Assembly (NCBI GenBank): GCA_902557145.1
Contig: CACDYZ010000008.1
Span: 1,580 to 65,579, forward strand
Reading direction: 5' to 3'
Origin: an uncultured Alphaproteobacteria bacterium
Lineage (GTDB): Bacteria; Pseudomonadota; Alphaproteobacteria; HIMB59
Length of the DNA: 64,000 nucleotides
Part shown: one piece after another, positions 54,168-63,019 of the stretch
Position numbering within the stretch: position 1 is the first letter of the stretch
Layout: each line of letters opens with the position of its first letter
Position numbers and translations under genes: made by a program
The notes under the pieces: model-generated
The model's input: the letters and a program-made list of their open reading frames with translations, nothing else
Told to the model about the DNA's origin: nothing
The model's database searches: none

Positions 54168-54901
54168 AAATTGGGAAAGAGCCTCGAACTAATCTCCTCA
54201 TAGCTTCCATCTATTTCTTGATTTTTCTCCGTTATTATCTCAATTGAGCGGTGACAGTATTTAAGGACATTTTCTAAATTAAAAATATACGGCTTTCCTG
54301 CAAAGGTGCTCGCTATCCATTGCCACGAAAAGTTATTACTCGCAATATCACCGTCTAGTAAATGACTGAGAAAAAACTTTGCTCCTGCCTGCCACTTCAC
54401 TCTTCTAAAATGAACAATATAAGAGGCCAAATACATACGCGAATGATTATGCAGATATCCAGTGGTCAGAAGCTGATCGATAAAAATATTGATTACTTGT
54501 GTTGGAGTTTTTGCAGATATGATGTCTTCAGGTAAGTCATCTTGATACTCGTGTGCTTTAAATCCTGTTTTATATTCTTCCACATCTGTCCATAGTTGAT
54601 CGGGATGATGATAGGCGTAACTTCTCCAAAAATCTCTCCATGCTAATTCTTGGATAAATTTTTCGCTCTCATTAAAAGCATATTTATCTCGAATATGTTC
54701 ATAGATCTCTTTATTTGAAATAATTCCATATTTGATGTGAGCAGATAATCTCGAAATTTGTCCATTGAGAAAGTTTCTAGTCTTTGCATAGAGTGATGGA
54801 TTAAAAGAGTTGAATTTTTCTAAAGCATCTTGCCTTGAGGCTACAGAGCTATTTGATTTAGTCGATGAGGGGATGAGATCTTGAATATTTGAAATTTTCA
54901 T
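54164..54901 (-). CDS. Stand-alone photolyase/cryptochrome FAD-binding domain
   Basis: YAKTRN, SRLSAHIKYG, KFIQELAWRDFW, TGYLHNHSRMYLASY, LLDGD.ASN..SWQW; 245 aa with no N-terminal domain. Confidence 0.88.
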   Translation of the reverse strand: MKISNIQDLIPSSTKSNSSVASRQDALEKFNSFNPSLYAKTRNFLNGQISRLSAHIKYGIISNKEIYEHIRDKYAFNESEKFIQELAWRDFWRSYAYHHPDQLWTDVEEYKTGFKAHEYQDDLPEDIISAKTPTQVINIFIDQLLTTGYLHNHSRMYLASYIVHFRRVKWQAGAKFFLSHLLDGDIASNNFSWQWIASTFAGKPYIFNLENVLKYCHRSIEIITEKNQEIDGSYEEISSRLFPNL

Positions 54902-54925
54902 TTCTAATTATACATACAATGTTGG

Positions 54926-55804
54926 CTAATAGATTGTTTGTAAATCAAATGTTATTTGGCTTCCAGGAGGAAGTTGAGAGATTTTGGAAATATCTTCTCC
55001 ATTTAAAATTGCAATCTTTGGATATCCACCAGTGCAGGGGATATCTCGCATTAATACAATAGGCTGCCCATCACTGGGTACTTGAATAGACCCAGGTAAA
55101 ATACCCTCAGACAAAATATCATGAGACTGGGAGCTAAGGATGGCCTCTCCTTTGAGCCTGATGCCCATCCGATCACTTTGAGCCGATATTGTAAAAGTAC
55201 TGCTAATAAATGATTGTAGAGCTTGATCTGTAAAAAATTGAAGTTGAGGACCAGGATGAACTTTAAAGTTTGTCTCCTTTTTGTAAGCAGGGTTTGGCAT
55301 GGATAGAAGATCCCAAGAACTCACATCCTTCAGAATTTCAAAGGTATCATCAACTTTCAACGGCCTATTGATAGAGCCAATTCCTGCCTTTGTGTCGGTA
55401 GAGAAACTTTTTAAACAAGGATCTAACCCAAGCCCATGTTCAACTGCAATGTAACCATAGACAGAGTCGATTGTATTATGAATATTCAACTCATCCCCTT
55501 CAAATAAATTTATACTCTTATAGGGTTGGCATATAATTTGAGTACCATTATTTTTTTGTATATTAATATTACAATTTCCACCGACACAAACCTTTACCGA
55601 ACCTTCCTTTACTTTTATTGAGGGTCCCACATAGGCAAATTCAATAAATTGATTATGATGCAGTGGTATAATTTTTTCTAATTCTTTAATAATTCGTTGG
55701 TCCATAGCTCCACTGGGGGAAACCCCTAAGTGTTGATAATGAAATCTTCCAAAATCTTGAATAGTTAAATGAGTCCCTGTACGGGTGATTACAAGTGAGT
55801 TCAT
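54926..55804 (-). CDS. pxpC: 5-oxoprolinase subunit C
   Basis: TIQDFGR, G.SPSGAMD, SDRMGIRL, GSIQVPSDGQP, TGGYPKIA. Confidence 0.9.
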   Translation of the reverse strand: MNSLVITRTGTHLTIQDFGRFHYQHLGVSPSGAMDQRIIKELEKIIPLHHNQFIEFAYVGPSIKVKEGSVKVCVGGNCNINIQKNNGTQIICQPYKSINLFEGDELNIHNTIDSVYGYIAVEHGLGLDPCLKSFSTDTKAGIGSINRPLKVDDTFEILKDVSSWDLLSMPNPAYKKETNFKVHPGPQLQFFTDQALQSFISSTFTISAQSDRMGIRLKGEAILSSQSHDILSEGILPGSIQVPSDGQPIVLMRDIPCTGGYPKIAILNGEDISKISQLPPGSQITFDLQTIY

Positions 55805-56520
55805 GAGGAGTACTCCTTGATCAATTCATTAATTGAAAAATGTTTCTTTTGGATTTGCTGAAACTCTTTATTGCTGACAGAGTAAAAACTTACCTTGTCT
55901 CCAGGTAAAAAAAGAGAGGGGTTAGGGTTTTGAAGATCAAATATATCGAAGGGTATTTGTCCGATAATATTCCAGCCACCCGGTGATATTTTTGGATATA
56001 TGCAAGTGTGGTTTTTAGCTATTCCAATGGATCGAGCAGGAATTTTAATTCTTGGAGTAGCTAATCGTGGTGTAATTAATTGAGAGGGGATGTCGCCTAG
56101 ATACGGAAATCCCGGCATGAAGCCTATATAATAAGTATAGTAACTCTCAGAGGTATGGAGGTTTATTATCTCTTCTTTTGTTATCTGATGAAGTCTTTGA
56201 ATTAACTTTAAATCCAAAGCGAAACTTTCATCATAACAGGCAGGTATTTTCCATGTTTTATTAGCACTTTTATGAGATTGAAATTTTATATCACTCATCT
56301 CTAAAGTAATTGTCTCTTTATTTTGATCGCGTATTTCAGAATTTTCAAAAATGATCACAATTTTATTAAATGAAGGAATTATATTTAGTAAAGGCAGTCT
56401 AAGATTTGAAATAGAAGAAAATGCTTTATTCACCTCTAGCGATATAGATTTTGAGGAGTCATCTCCAAAATCTAGGATCATCCCTCGGTCTCCATAAGAA
56501 TTTATTCCTTTGAAATACAC
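55801..56520 (-). CDS. pxpB: 5-oxoprolinase subunit B
   Basis: GDRG, IP.CYD, GFMPGFPYLG, PR..PR, YP..SPGGWNIIG. Confidence 0.9.
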   Translation of the reverse strand: MYFKGINSYGDRGMILDFGDDSSKSISLEVNKAFSSISNLRLPLLNIIPSFNKIVIIFENSEIRDQNKETITLEMSDIKFQSHKSANKTWKIPACYDESFALDLKLIQRLHQITKEEIINLHTSESYYTYYIGFMPGFPYLGDIPSQLITPRLATPRIKIPARSIGIAKNHTCIYPKISPGGWNIIGQIPFDIFDLQNPNPSLFLPGDKVSFYSVSNKEFQQIQKKHFSINELIKEYSS

Positions 56521-56540
56521 GCTAATATCTTAATGTAACT

Positions 56541-57317
56541 TTGGTGCATTTGAATAAAATTAATTTTAATTCTGATATAGCAGAAAAAGATCATAGTTTT
56601 TATGAGTCTGTTGATGTGCAACTAATAGACAAAATTAGCTCTGCCAATATTTCATGTTTATTTCATGGGGGTTCAAAAGAAGTTGTTTCTAAAGCACTTA
56701 GTTATTGTAATACAAAAAATGTTTCAATCGGAGCTCATGTCTCATTTTTAGATAGAGATAACTTTGGACGGTCACAAATAAATTGGAACAAGCAACTCAT
56801 CCATGAAATTCTCAACGATCAATTACTATTTATTCATAACCTTGCATTAGAAATGAGTGCTACAGTGACTCACATTAAACTTCACGGGGCTCTCAGTAAT
56901 ATGGCTTGTGTTGACCAAGATCTCTCTGCTGAAATAGTAGGCTACCTAAAAAAAAATTACCCTTCTTTGGTATTACTTGCGCCAGCTTTAAGTGAACTTG
57001 CAAAAATGAGCTCGGAGAGTGACACTGCTACTGCCCTTGAGGTCTTTGCAGACCGCACCTATGAGAGTAATGGCACACTCACACCTCGTTCTGTAAGTGG
57101 CTCATTAATAACAGATCCCAAAAGTGCCAGCGAACATGTTCGAGCAATGCTCATACAAAAGGGAATTATTTCACGCGCAGGGGATACTTTAAAAACAGAT
57201 ATACATTCAATCTGTGTACATAGCGACACACCAAATAGTATTGAAATATCTGAACAAATTTGCATACTCCTTGAAGAAATGAAGATAAAGCAAGTAACAC
57301 TTCCAGAATTTTTTTAA
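56541..57317 (+). CDS. pxpA: 5-oxoprolinase subunit A (LamB/YcsF family)
   Basis: N.D..E, SANISC.FH, GAH...D...FGR, HIKLHGAL.N, EVFADR.Y, SICVH.D. Confidence 0.9.
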   Translation: MVHLNKINFNSDIAEKDHSFYESVDVQLIDKISSANISCLFHGGSKEVVSKALSYCNTKNVSIGAHVSFLDRDNFGRSQINWNKQLIHEILNDQLLFIHNLALEMSATVTHIKLHGALSNMACVDQDLSAEIVGYLKKNYPSLVLLAPALSELAKMSSESDTATALEVFADRTYESNGTLTPRSVSGSLITDPKSASEHVRAMLIQKGIISRAGDTLKTDIHSICVHSDTPNSIEISEQICILLEEMKIKQVTLPEFF

Positions 57318-57324
57318 AACTATT

Positions 57325-57822
57325 ATGGGAAATTATTTTTTTTACGGCACACTTCGTTCTATTTCAGTTTTAGAAAAAGTTATTGGAAAGACATCTAACC
57401 ATTTAGATATAATTTCTGCTTTTGCACCTAAAAGTGAATTACGCCTTGTCATTGATGAGAATTTCCCAGTTATAATTTTTGGTGACAGCTACACGGGCGT
57501 TGATGGAATATTGGTTAAAGGTTTAACGGATGATGATATTGCACGCATACGTTTTTTTGAAGATGTAGAATTTGCTCCTAAAATAATGTCTGTTGAGACT
57601 GATGGAAAACACTCAGAGGCAAAATTTTTCTCTCAAAAAGGAGTTGAGCCTTCTATGGACCCTTGGATTTATGATGAATGGAAAGAGAAAGATGAGGCCT
57701 TAACTTTAGTAACCACTGAACTTTGGATGCAACTTTATGGGAAATATACAGCGGAAGAAGCAGATCAGTATTGGAATGATGTTAAAAAACAAGCTTATCA
57801 TCAGTATCACTCTCAACAATGA
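57325..57822 (+). CDS. Gamma-glutamylcyclotransferase (GGCT/AIG2) family protein
   Basis: N-terminal YFFYGTL, FP, V.G.LV.GL, and a conserved Glu in RFFE. Confidence 0.75.
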   Translation: MGNYFFYGTLRSISVLEKVIGKTSNHLDIISAFAPKSELRLVIDENFPVIIFGDSYTGVDGILVKGLTDDDIARIRFFEDVEFAPKIMSVETDGKHSEAKFFSQKGVEPSMDPWIYDEWKEKDEALTLVTTELWMQLYGKYTAEEADQYWNDVKKQAYHQYHSQQ

Positions 57823-58373
57823 GAGTTATTAATTTATTTCTACTTTTTTACTTTTTATTTACCCCCCATTCTTTTTCTAACGAGACTAGTTGGGATTTGT
57901 TAAAAGATGGCGGAAAAGTAGTTTTTATTCGTCATGCCTACGCTCCAGGGGGCGGAGATCCTGATAACTTTGAACTAGAAGACTGCTCAACACAAAGAAA
58001 TTTAAATCAACAAGGAATTCGTCAATCCCAAACAATTGGCAAATTATTTATTGAATATTCTATACCGGTAGACTTTGTTTATTCTAGTCAGTGGTGCCGT
58101 TGCCAAGATACAGCTCTGTATGCGTTTGGAGATTTTGAGAATTTTAGTGCATTAAACTCTACGTTTTCTAGTAAGTACCAAAAAAATCACACAAAACAAA
58201 TGTTAGAATTGAGTGAATTTATCAATAGATGGGACGATAGTGGGGGGAACCTAGTTTTCGTCACTCATTATGTGATAGTCGGCGGCTTTCTTGATTATTA
58301 TCCAAACTCTGGAGAAATTGTGATTGCAGATAAATCTTTATCAATTTTAGGGACTATAAAAGTAAACTTCTAA
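57819..58373 (+). CDS. Exported histidine phosphatase family protein
   Basis: IRHA.APG.GDP, CSTQRNL, SSQWCRC..TA, VTH. Confidence 0.88.
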   Translation: MRVINLFLLFYFLFTPHSFSNETSWDLLKDGGKVVFIRHAYAPGGGDPDNFELEDCSTQRNLNQQGIRQSQTIGKLFIEYSIPVDFVYSSQWCRCQDTALYAFGDFENFSALNSTFSSKYQKNHTKQMLELSEFINRWDDSGGNLVFVTHYVIVGGFLDYYPNSGEIVIADKSLSILGTIKVNF

Positions 58374-59476
58374 AAAAATACCCTTTCAATAAACCAATAT
58401 AAACCTATCAAGGAGATTATAACAGAAATAGGAATTTGCAAAAACGCCCGATACCAACTTTGGCGTGAGGGTAGAATAAAAATAATTGATGCAAAAATAA
58501 TGATTGCTATTTGAGCTACTTCAACTCCAAGATTAAATGAAATTAGACTTATTACCAGTTGACTTGTATTCAATCCGATATCTCCAAGAACAAAAGCAAA
58601 ACCTAAACCATGAATTAATCCAAAGATAAAAATTATGACGTAACGAGGAACAAACAAACGTCTTTGAAAAATATTTTCTATTGCGACATAACTGATAGAT
58701 AGAGCGATCAAGGGTTCTACAATTACTGCAGGGATAAAGATTAAATTAAAACTAGCAAGAATTAGTGTAATAGAATGTGCGAGCGTAAACATGGTTACTT
58801 GAAGTAATAGAGGTTTAAATTTAATTGCATAAAAAAAGATACCTATAATAAATAATATATGATCTAGCCCTTTAGGAACAATGTGCTCTATTCCTAGAAT
58901 TAAATATTCAATTATTGTTTTTCCTACTGAGGATTGTGACTGTTGTGATAAAATGGGCGATTTTTCAGCTGGTTGTAAATAACTTGTAAACAAGACAGAC
59001 TCTTTTGATAAATCTTCAAATTGTCTAATTACAACAGGTCCTATCTTTTTATCAAATTGAACTGTAAACGAAGAAGAGTCTTTAATATCGAAATTGAGAT
59101 ATAAAACAGTATCTCTCGGCATCTCTTCGTTTGTCTCATCAAACGTCACTACTTTATTTAGTAAGAGAGGTATGATCTCACTCTCGTTATTGATTTGGAT
59201 CTTATTAATAAATTTAGATTTATTTTTAAATACTAACTTTTCTATTTCTTGAACAGAAAAGGCCCTAAATTCGTCATATTTTTGAGACTGAGGAGAATTA
59301 TTTGTATCAACATAAATAGAGGCATCAATTTCAGACAGCACAGTTTCAGCATTCAATTTAAATTCAATTGAAGCATTTTCCTCTATAATGGTAATATCTA
59401 CGATCGCAGGTTTAATTTCATGTGTATGCAGAGGAGGGCTTAAGAGAAGAATTAAAAAGAATAAGTACTTAATCAT
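58370..59476 (-). CDS. HupE/UreJ-family metal (Ni/Co) membrane protein with N-terminal periplasmic domain
   Basis: G.EHI..GLDHILF, FTLAHSITL, FGLIHGLGFA, FNLGVE.AQ. Confidence 0.85.
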   Translation of the reverse strand: MIKYLFFLILLLSPPLHTHEIKPAIVDITIIEENASIEFKLNAETVLSEIDASIYVDTNNSPQSQKYDEFRAFSVQEIEKLVFKNKSKFINKIQINNESEIIPLLLNKVVTFDETNEEMPRDTVLYLNFDIKDSSSFTVQFDKKIGPVVIRQFEDLSKESVLFTSYLQPAEKSPILSQQSQSSVGKTIIEYLILGIEHIVPKGLDHILFIIGIFFYAIKFKPLLLQVTMFTLAHSITLILASFNLIFIPAVIVEPLIALSISYVAIENIFQRRLFVPRYVIIFIFGLIHGLGFAFVLGDIGLNTSQLVISLISFNLGVEVAQIAIIIFASIIFILPSRQSWYRAFLQIPISVIISLIGLYWFIERVFF

Positions 59477-59482
59477 TTAGTC

Positions 59483-60319
59483 ATGTTTACCAAAGTTCAC
59501 CTAAGAATTCTTTATGTTTTTTCATTCCTCACTGCTTGCATTGTTCAGGCAAGTGCTCACGAATTTTGGATTGAGCCAACTAAATACCAGCTTAATGATA
59601 ACATCATAAATGCTCACTTGAGAGTGGGGCAAGAATTTCAAGGTATGGCCTTAATGTATAATCCACAAGATTTTAAAACTTTTAAAATTTTATCTGGGTC
59701 TAAAAATAAAAAAGAAAAAGTTAAAGGTATACTTGGAAATGTACCAGCATTAAACACAAAGACAAAGTTGGAAGACTTATTAATTATTTATCATGAAACT
59801 ACTGATAAATTTGTAAATTACAAAAAATTTCAAAAATTTAAGGATTTTGTTTCTGAGAAGGGTTATGAACAATTAATTCAAACTCATTTAGATAAAGACT
59901 TCCCACAAAGTAATTTTATGGAAAGTTATCGGCGATATGCAAAATCTTTAATTACCACAAGTAGTGCTAGTAAAGGAAAAGATAAAAAAACAGGACTTTT
60001 ATTTGAATTTGTTTTAGATCAAAACCCTTATACAAATTTTGACTCTAATCAAATAAGTGCAACTTTATATTATAAAAAAAAACCCCTTCCAAATAACCTC
60101 ATTACAATTTTCTCAAAATATAAAAACTCTAAATTATCTGTTTCAAATGTCAAAACAGATGAGAAGGGTAAATTTACTTTTGAAACAGAACCAGGTAAGG
60201 AGTATCTATTAGACTCAGTTGTCATTTATCCATTAAAATCAAAACCTGATGAACAAGAACCAATCTGGCATAGTGACTGGGCCTCTACAACGTTCTTAGT
60301 TCCTGAAAATAATCTTTAA
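59483..60319 (+). CDS. DUF4198-like periplasmic protein (putative metal-binding)
   Basis: Signal peptide followed by AHEFWIEP, ESY.RYAKSL, NPY, TD..G, W.S.WAS.TF. Confidence 0.78.
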   Translation: MFTKVHLRILYVFSFLTACIVQASAHEFWIEPTKYQLNDNIINAHLRVGQEFQGMALMYNPQDFKTFKILSGSKNKKEKVKGILGNVPALNTKTKLEDLLIIYHETTDKFVNYKKFQKFKDFVSEKGYEQLIQTHLDKDFPQSNFMESYRRYAKSLITTSSASKGKDKKTGLLFEFVLDQNPYTNFDSNQISATLYYKKKPLPNNLITIFSKYKNSKLSVSNVKTDEKGKFTFETEPGKEYLLDSVVIYPLKSKPDEQEPIWHSDWASTTFLVPENNL

Positions 60320-60342
60320 TTTTCATTTATTAGTATAAAATA

Positions 60343-60684
60343 TTGGACATGATTTTTGTTCTAAAAGTAATATTAGCAGCCTTTGTAATTGCATTTGCAA
60401 GCTGGCTTTCTGGTAAAAAACCAGAGCTATCTGGATTTATTATTGCTCTTCCAATCGCGAGTATTATCGCCATCGCTTTCTCTTTCTTAGAGCATAAAAA
60501 TACAGAAAATACTGTAATTTTTGCTAAAAGTATTCTAATTGGGGTACCTGTCTCATATTTATTTTTCTTACCCTTCTTCTTCGCAAAAAATCTTAATATG
60601 AATTTTTGGTTAATTTACTTGATCGGATTAACGTTACTGGTAATTGGATATTTTGTTCATAAATACATAATGAGCCTTATTTAA
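60343..60684 (+). CDS. Small membrane protein (DUF3147-like)
   Basis: Four hydrophobic segments; KP.L.GFI.ALP..S. Confidence 0.6.
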   Translation: MDMIFVLKVILAAFVIAFASWLSGKKPELSGFIIALPIASIIAIAFSFLEHKNTENTVIFAKSILIGVPVSYLFFLPFFFAKNLNMNFWLIYLIGLTLLVIGYFVHKYIMSLI

Positions 60685-61302
60685 ATGTTTGAGTTATTCG
60701 CTGACTCCACTCCCAATGCTAGAAAAATTTCAATAATGTTAGAGGAGATCAACGAAAATTACTTAGTTACATTTATTAACTTAAATAAAGGAGAACAGTT
60801 CCACGAAGATTTTAAAAAAATCTCTCCTTTTTCAAAAATTCCCGTACTCAGACATGAAAAACAGACTATCTTTGAATCTGGTGCGATATTAATATATTTA
60901 GCAAACTTCTCTGGAGAGTTTTATGGAGTAAATCAAAATTTAACGACTCAATGGTTGATGGCACAGATGGGGTATATTGGACCAATGTTAGGGCAGCATC
61001 ATCAATTTCATCATTACAACCCAGGTAAAAGTGAATTTGGAGAACAACGATATTTTAAAATAGCAGAAACTATTTACAAAAATTTGGATGATCATCTATC
61101 TAACAATGAATATTTAGCAAGAGAATATTCAATTGCTGATATTGCAACGTTCCCTTGGATTGCAAGACATCCAATCCACCATATTGGTTTAAATAAATAT
61201 TTAAATTTGACTAGATGGTATAATAAAATTGCACTTAGACCTGCTGTTATAAAGGGTTACGATTTATTGAAAGACGGCACAGTGCCGCCAAGTGTAAATT
61301 AA
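60685..61302 (+). CDS. Glutathione S-transferase, YfcG/YghU (disulfide reductase) type
   Basis: TPNARKISIMLEE, SP.SKIP, FESGAILIYLA, GPMLGQ, YSIADIA.FPW. Confidence 0.9.
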   Translation: MFELFADSTPNARKISIMLEEINENYLVTFINLNKGEQFHEDFKKISPFSKIPVLRHEKQTIFESGAILIYLANFSGEFYGVNQNLTTQWLMAQMGYIGPMLGQHHQFHHYNPGKSEFGEQRYFKIAETIYKNLDDHLSNNEYLAREYSIADIATFPWIARHPIHHIGLNKYLNLTRWYNKIALRPAVIKGYDLLKDGTVPPSVN

Positions 61303-61303
61303 A

Positions 61304-61639
61304 ATGAAAGTATATTTCAATGGTTCATGTAATATTTGTAACGCTGAAATAAGTCATTATAAAAAAAAAACATGTGATATAAACTACGTTGATATCTCCA
61401 AAGATAGAGATGAACATATAAATCACCTTTCAAAAAAAGATTTATTCAGAAGAATGCACGTTTACCATCAGGGTAGGCTGATTTCCGGATCAGAGTCATT
61501 TTTAATTTTATGGGATACCATGCCCAGATGGAAATATTTGTCATCATTTTTAAAGTTACCAATTTTTAAGCAATTATGGAAAATCGCATACGAAACGATG
61601 GCATTGTTATTATATTATAAAAATAAATCTAAGATCTGA
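61304..61639 (+). CDS. DCC1-like thiol-disulfide oxidoreductase (DUF393)
   Basis: VYFNGSCNIC..EI, RMHV, G..SF..LW, AY. Confidence 0.82.
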   Translation: MKVYFNGSCNICNAEISHYKKKTCDINYVDISKDRDEHINHLSKKDLFRRMHVYHQGRLISGSESFLILWDTMPRWKYLSSFLKLPIFKQLWKIAYETMALLLYYKNKSKI

Positions 61640-61643
61640 GGAG

Positions 61644-61679
61644 AACCATTCTTGCAGTTTAACCACAAGAATGGTTTTT
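61644..61679. terminator. Stem-loop between the convergent DUF393 gene and folC
   Basis: Perfect 11-bp stem AACCATTCTTG/CAAGAATGGTT followed by TTT on the plus strand. Confidence 0.65.
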
Positions 61680-61761
61680 GGAGGATTAAGGTTAATCATC
61701 AATATCTACCCTAATCTCATAAAAATGGATCAAATAGATTGCCTTTAAAAAATAATATTAA

Positions 61762-63015
61762 CTAACTTAATTTTCGAGATTGGTTCTTTTTTATAACTTC
61801 TCCAATAAAATACAAAGAACCTCCAAAATAAACAGAAGTCTGTTTTGAAGATAATTTATTAATAGTTTTAAAAGACTGCTCTAAAGAGTCAGCAAAATAT
61901 AAAGAGAGATTTTTGGGCAATAGTTCTTTAGTAATAGAATTTTCTTCATCCATTCTAACGACCACAATTTTACTAAAGTGTTTTGACAAACGAGTAAGCA
62001 TTTGCAAATACTTTTTATTATTTAAAAAAGAGCATATTAATATTTTTTTATTTTTAGTTAATGATGCAATCAAGGCTTTCATTCCATCTATATTGTGAAA
62101 TCCATCTAGATAAATATCTTTGAATTTTTTAATCTTTCCAGTTAACACACCACTTTTAATTTTTTGTAATCTTCCTGGCCATTGACAATTGGTTAATGCT
62201 TTTTGGGTCACTTCCGTATCAAACGCATCTTTTAAAATATTTCTTGCTAAATGTATTCCTAATCCAGCATTAACTAATTGATGTGCACCCAATAAATTTA
62301 ATTTTGATATATCTATTTTTACATTATCAGAAATATAAAATTTAGATTTTACCTTCCACTCATCATTATAAATATCTGCATTCAATTTTCTTTTCTTTAG
62401 TTGTGACTTAATATAATTCATTACTCCTAACTTTTGCCTGTTAACAACAATGGTACTTTTTGAATTCAAAATACCTAATTTTTCGAATGCGATTTGATTT
62501 AAGGAAGTACCAAGATAGTCTTGATGATCTAAAGAAATCGGAGTAATAGCTGCAAATTTTGATTTTTTGATTATATTTGTAGCGTCAAACCTTCCACCGA
62601 GTCCTACTTCTAAAATTAAATAGTCAGCTTTATGATCTTGAAAAGCTTTAAAAGCTGCCGCTGTAGTTATTTCAAAAAAAGTAATTAAATTTCCTTCATT
62701 TATATTTTCACAATATCTTAAATATTTTAACAACTTTTGATTGGAAATATCTTTTGATCTTAATTGTATTCTTTCATTAAACTTTACCAGGTGTGGGGTA
62801 GAGTAAACATGTGTTGAATATCCATGGTGGTTGAGTATTGACTTTAAAATTGCTGCTGTTGAACCCTTCCCATTAGTACCGGCTATATGTATTACTTTGG
62901 GTAATAAACTCTCATCAAAATCTATTTTTTTAAGAAGTTTTTTTATCCTTCCTAAAGATAGATCAGAAAACTTCGGGTGAAGTTTTAGTAGTCTTTGAAA
63001 AATGGGATCTTGCAA
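61762..63015 (-). CDS. folC: Dihydrofolate/folylpolyglutamate synthase
   Basis: HIAGTNGKGS, PHL..FNERI, TFFEITT, LEVGLGGRFDATN, WPGRLQ, DG.HN, GSLY. Confidence 0.97.
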   Translation of the reverse strand: MQDPIFQRLLKLHPKFSDLSLGRIKKLLKKIDFDESLLPKVIHIAGTNGKGSTAAILKSILNHHGYSTHVYSTPHLVKFNERIQLRSKDISNQKLLKYLRYCENINEGNLITFFEITTAAAFKAFQDHKADYLILEVGLGGRFDATNIIKKSKFAAITPISLDHQDYLGTSLNQIAFEKLGILNSKSTIVVNRQKLGVMNYIKSQLKKRKLNADIYNDEWKVKSKFYISDNVKIDISKLNLLGAHQLVNAGLGIHLARNILKDAFDTEVTQKALTNCQWPGRLQKIKSGVLTGKIKKFKDIYLDGFHNIDGMKALIASLTKNKKILICSFLNNKKYLQMLTRLSKHFSKIVVVRMDEENSITKELLPKNLSLYFADSLEQSFKTINKLSSKQTSVYFGGSLYFIGEVIKKNQSRKLS

Positions 63016-63019
63016 GATC

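Noticed and set aside
54164-54901. Truncated photolyase pseudogene
   Set aside because: FAD-binding motifs are intact, no 5' remnant fits in the 24-bp upstream gap, and a coupled partner gene follows.
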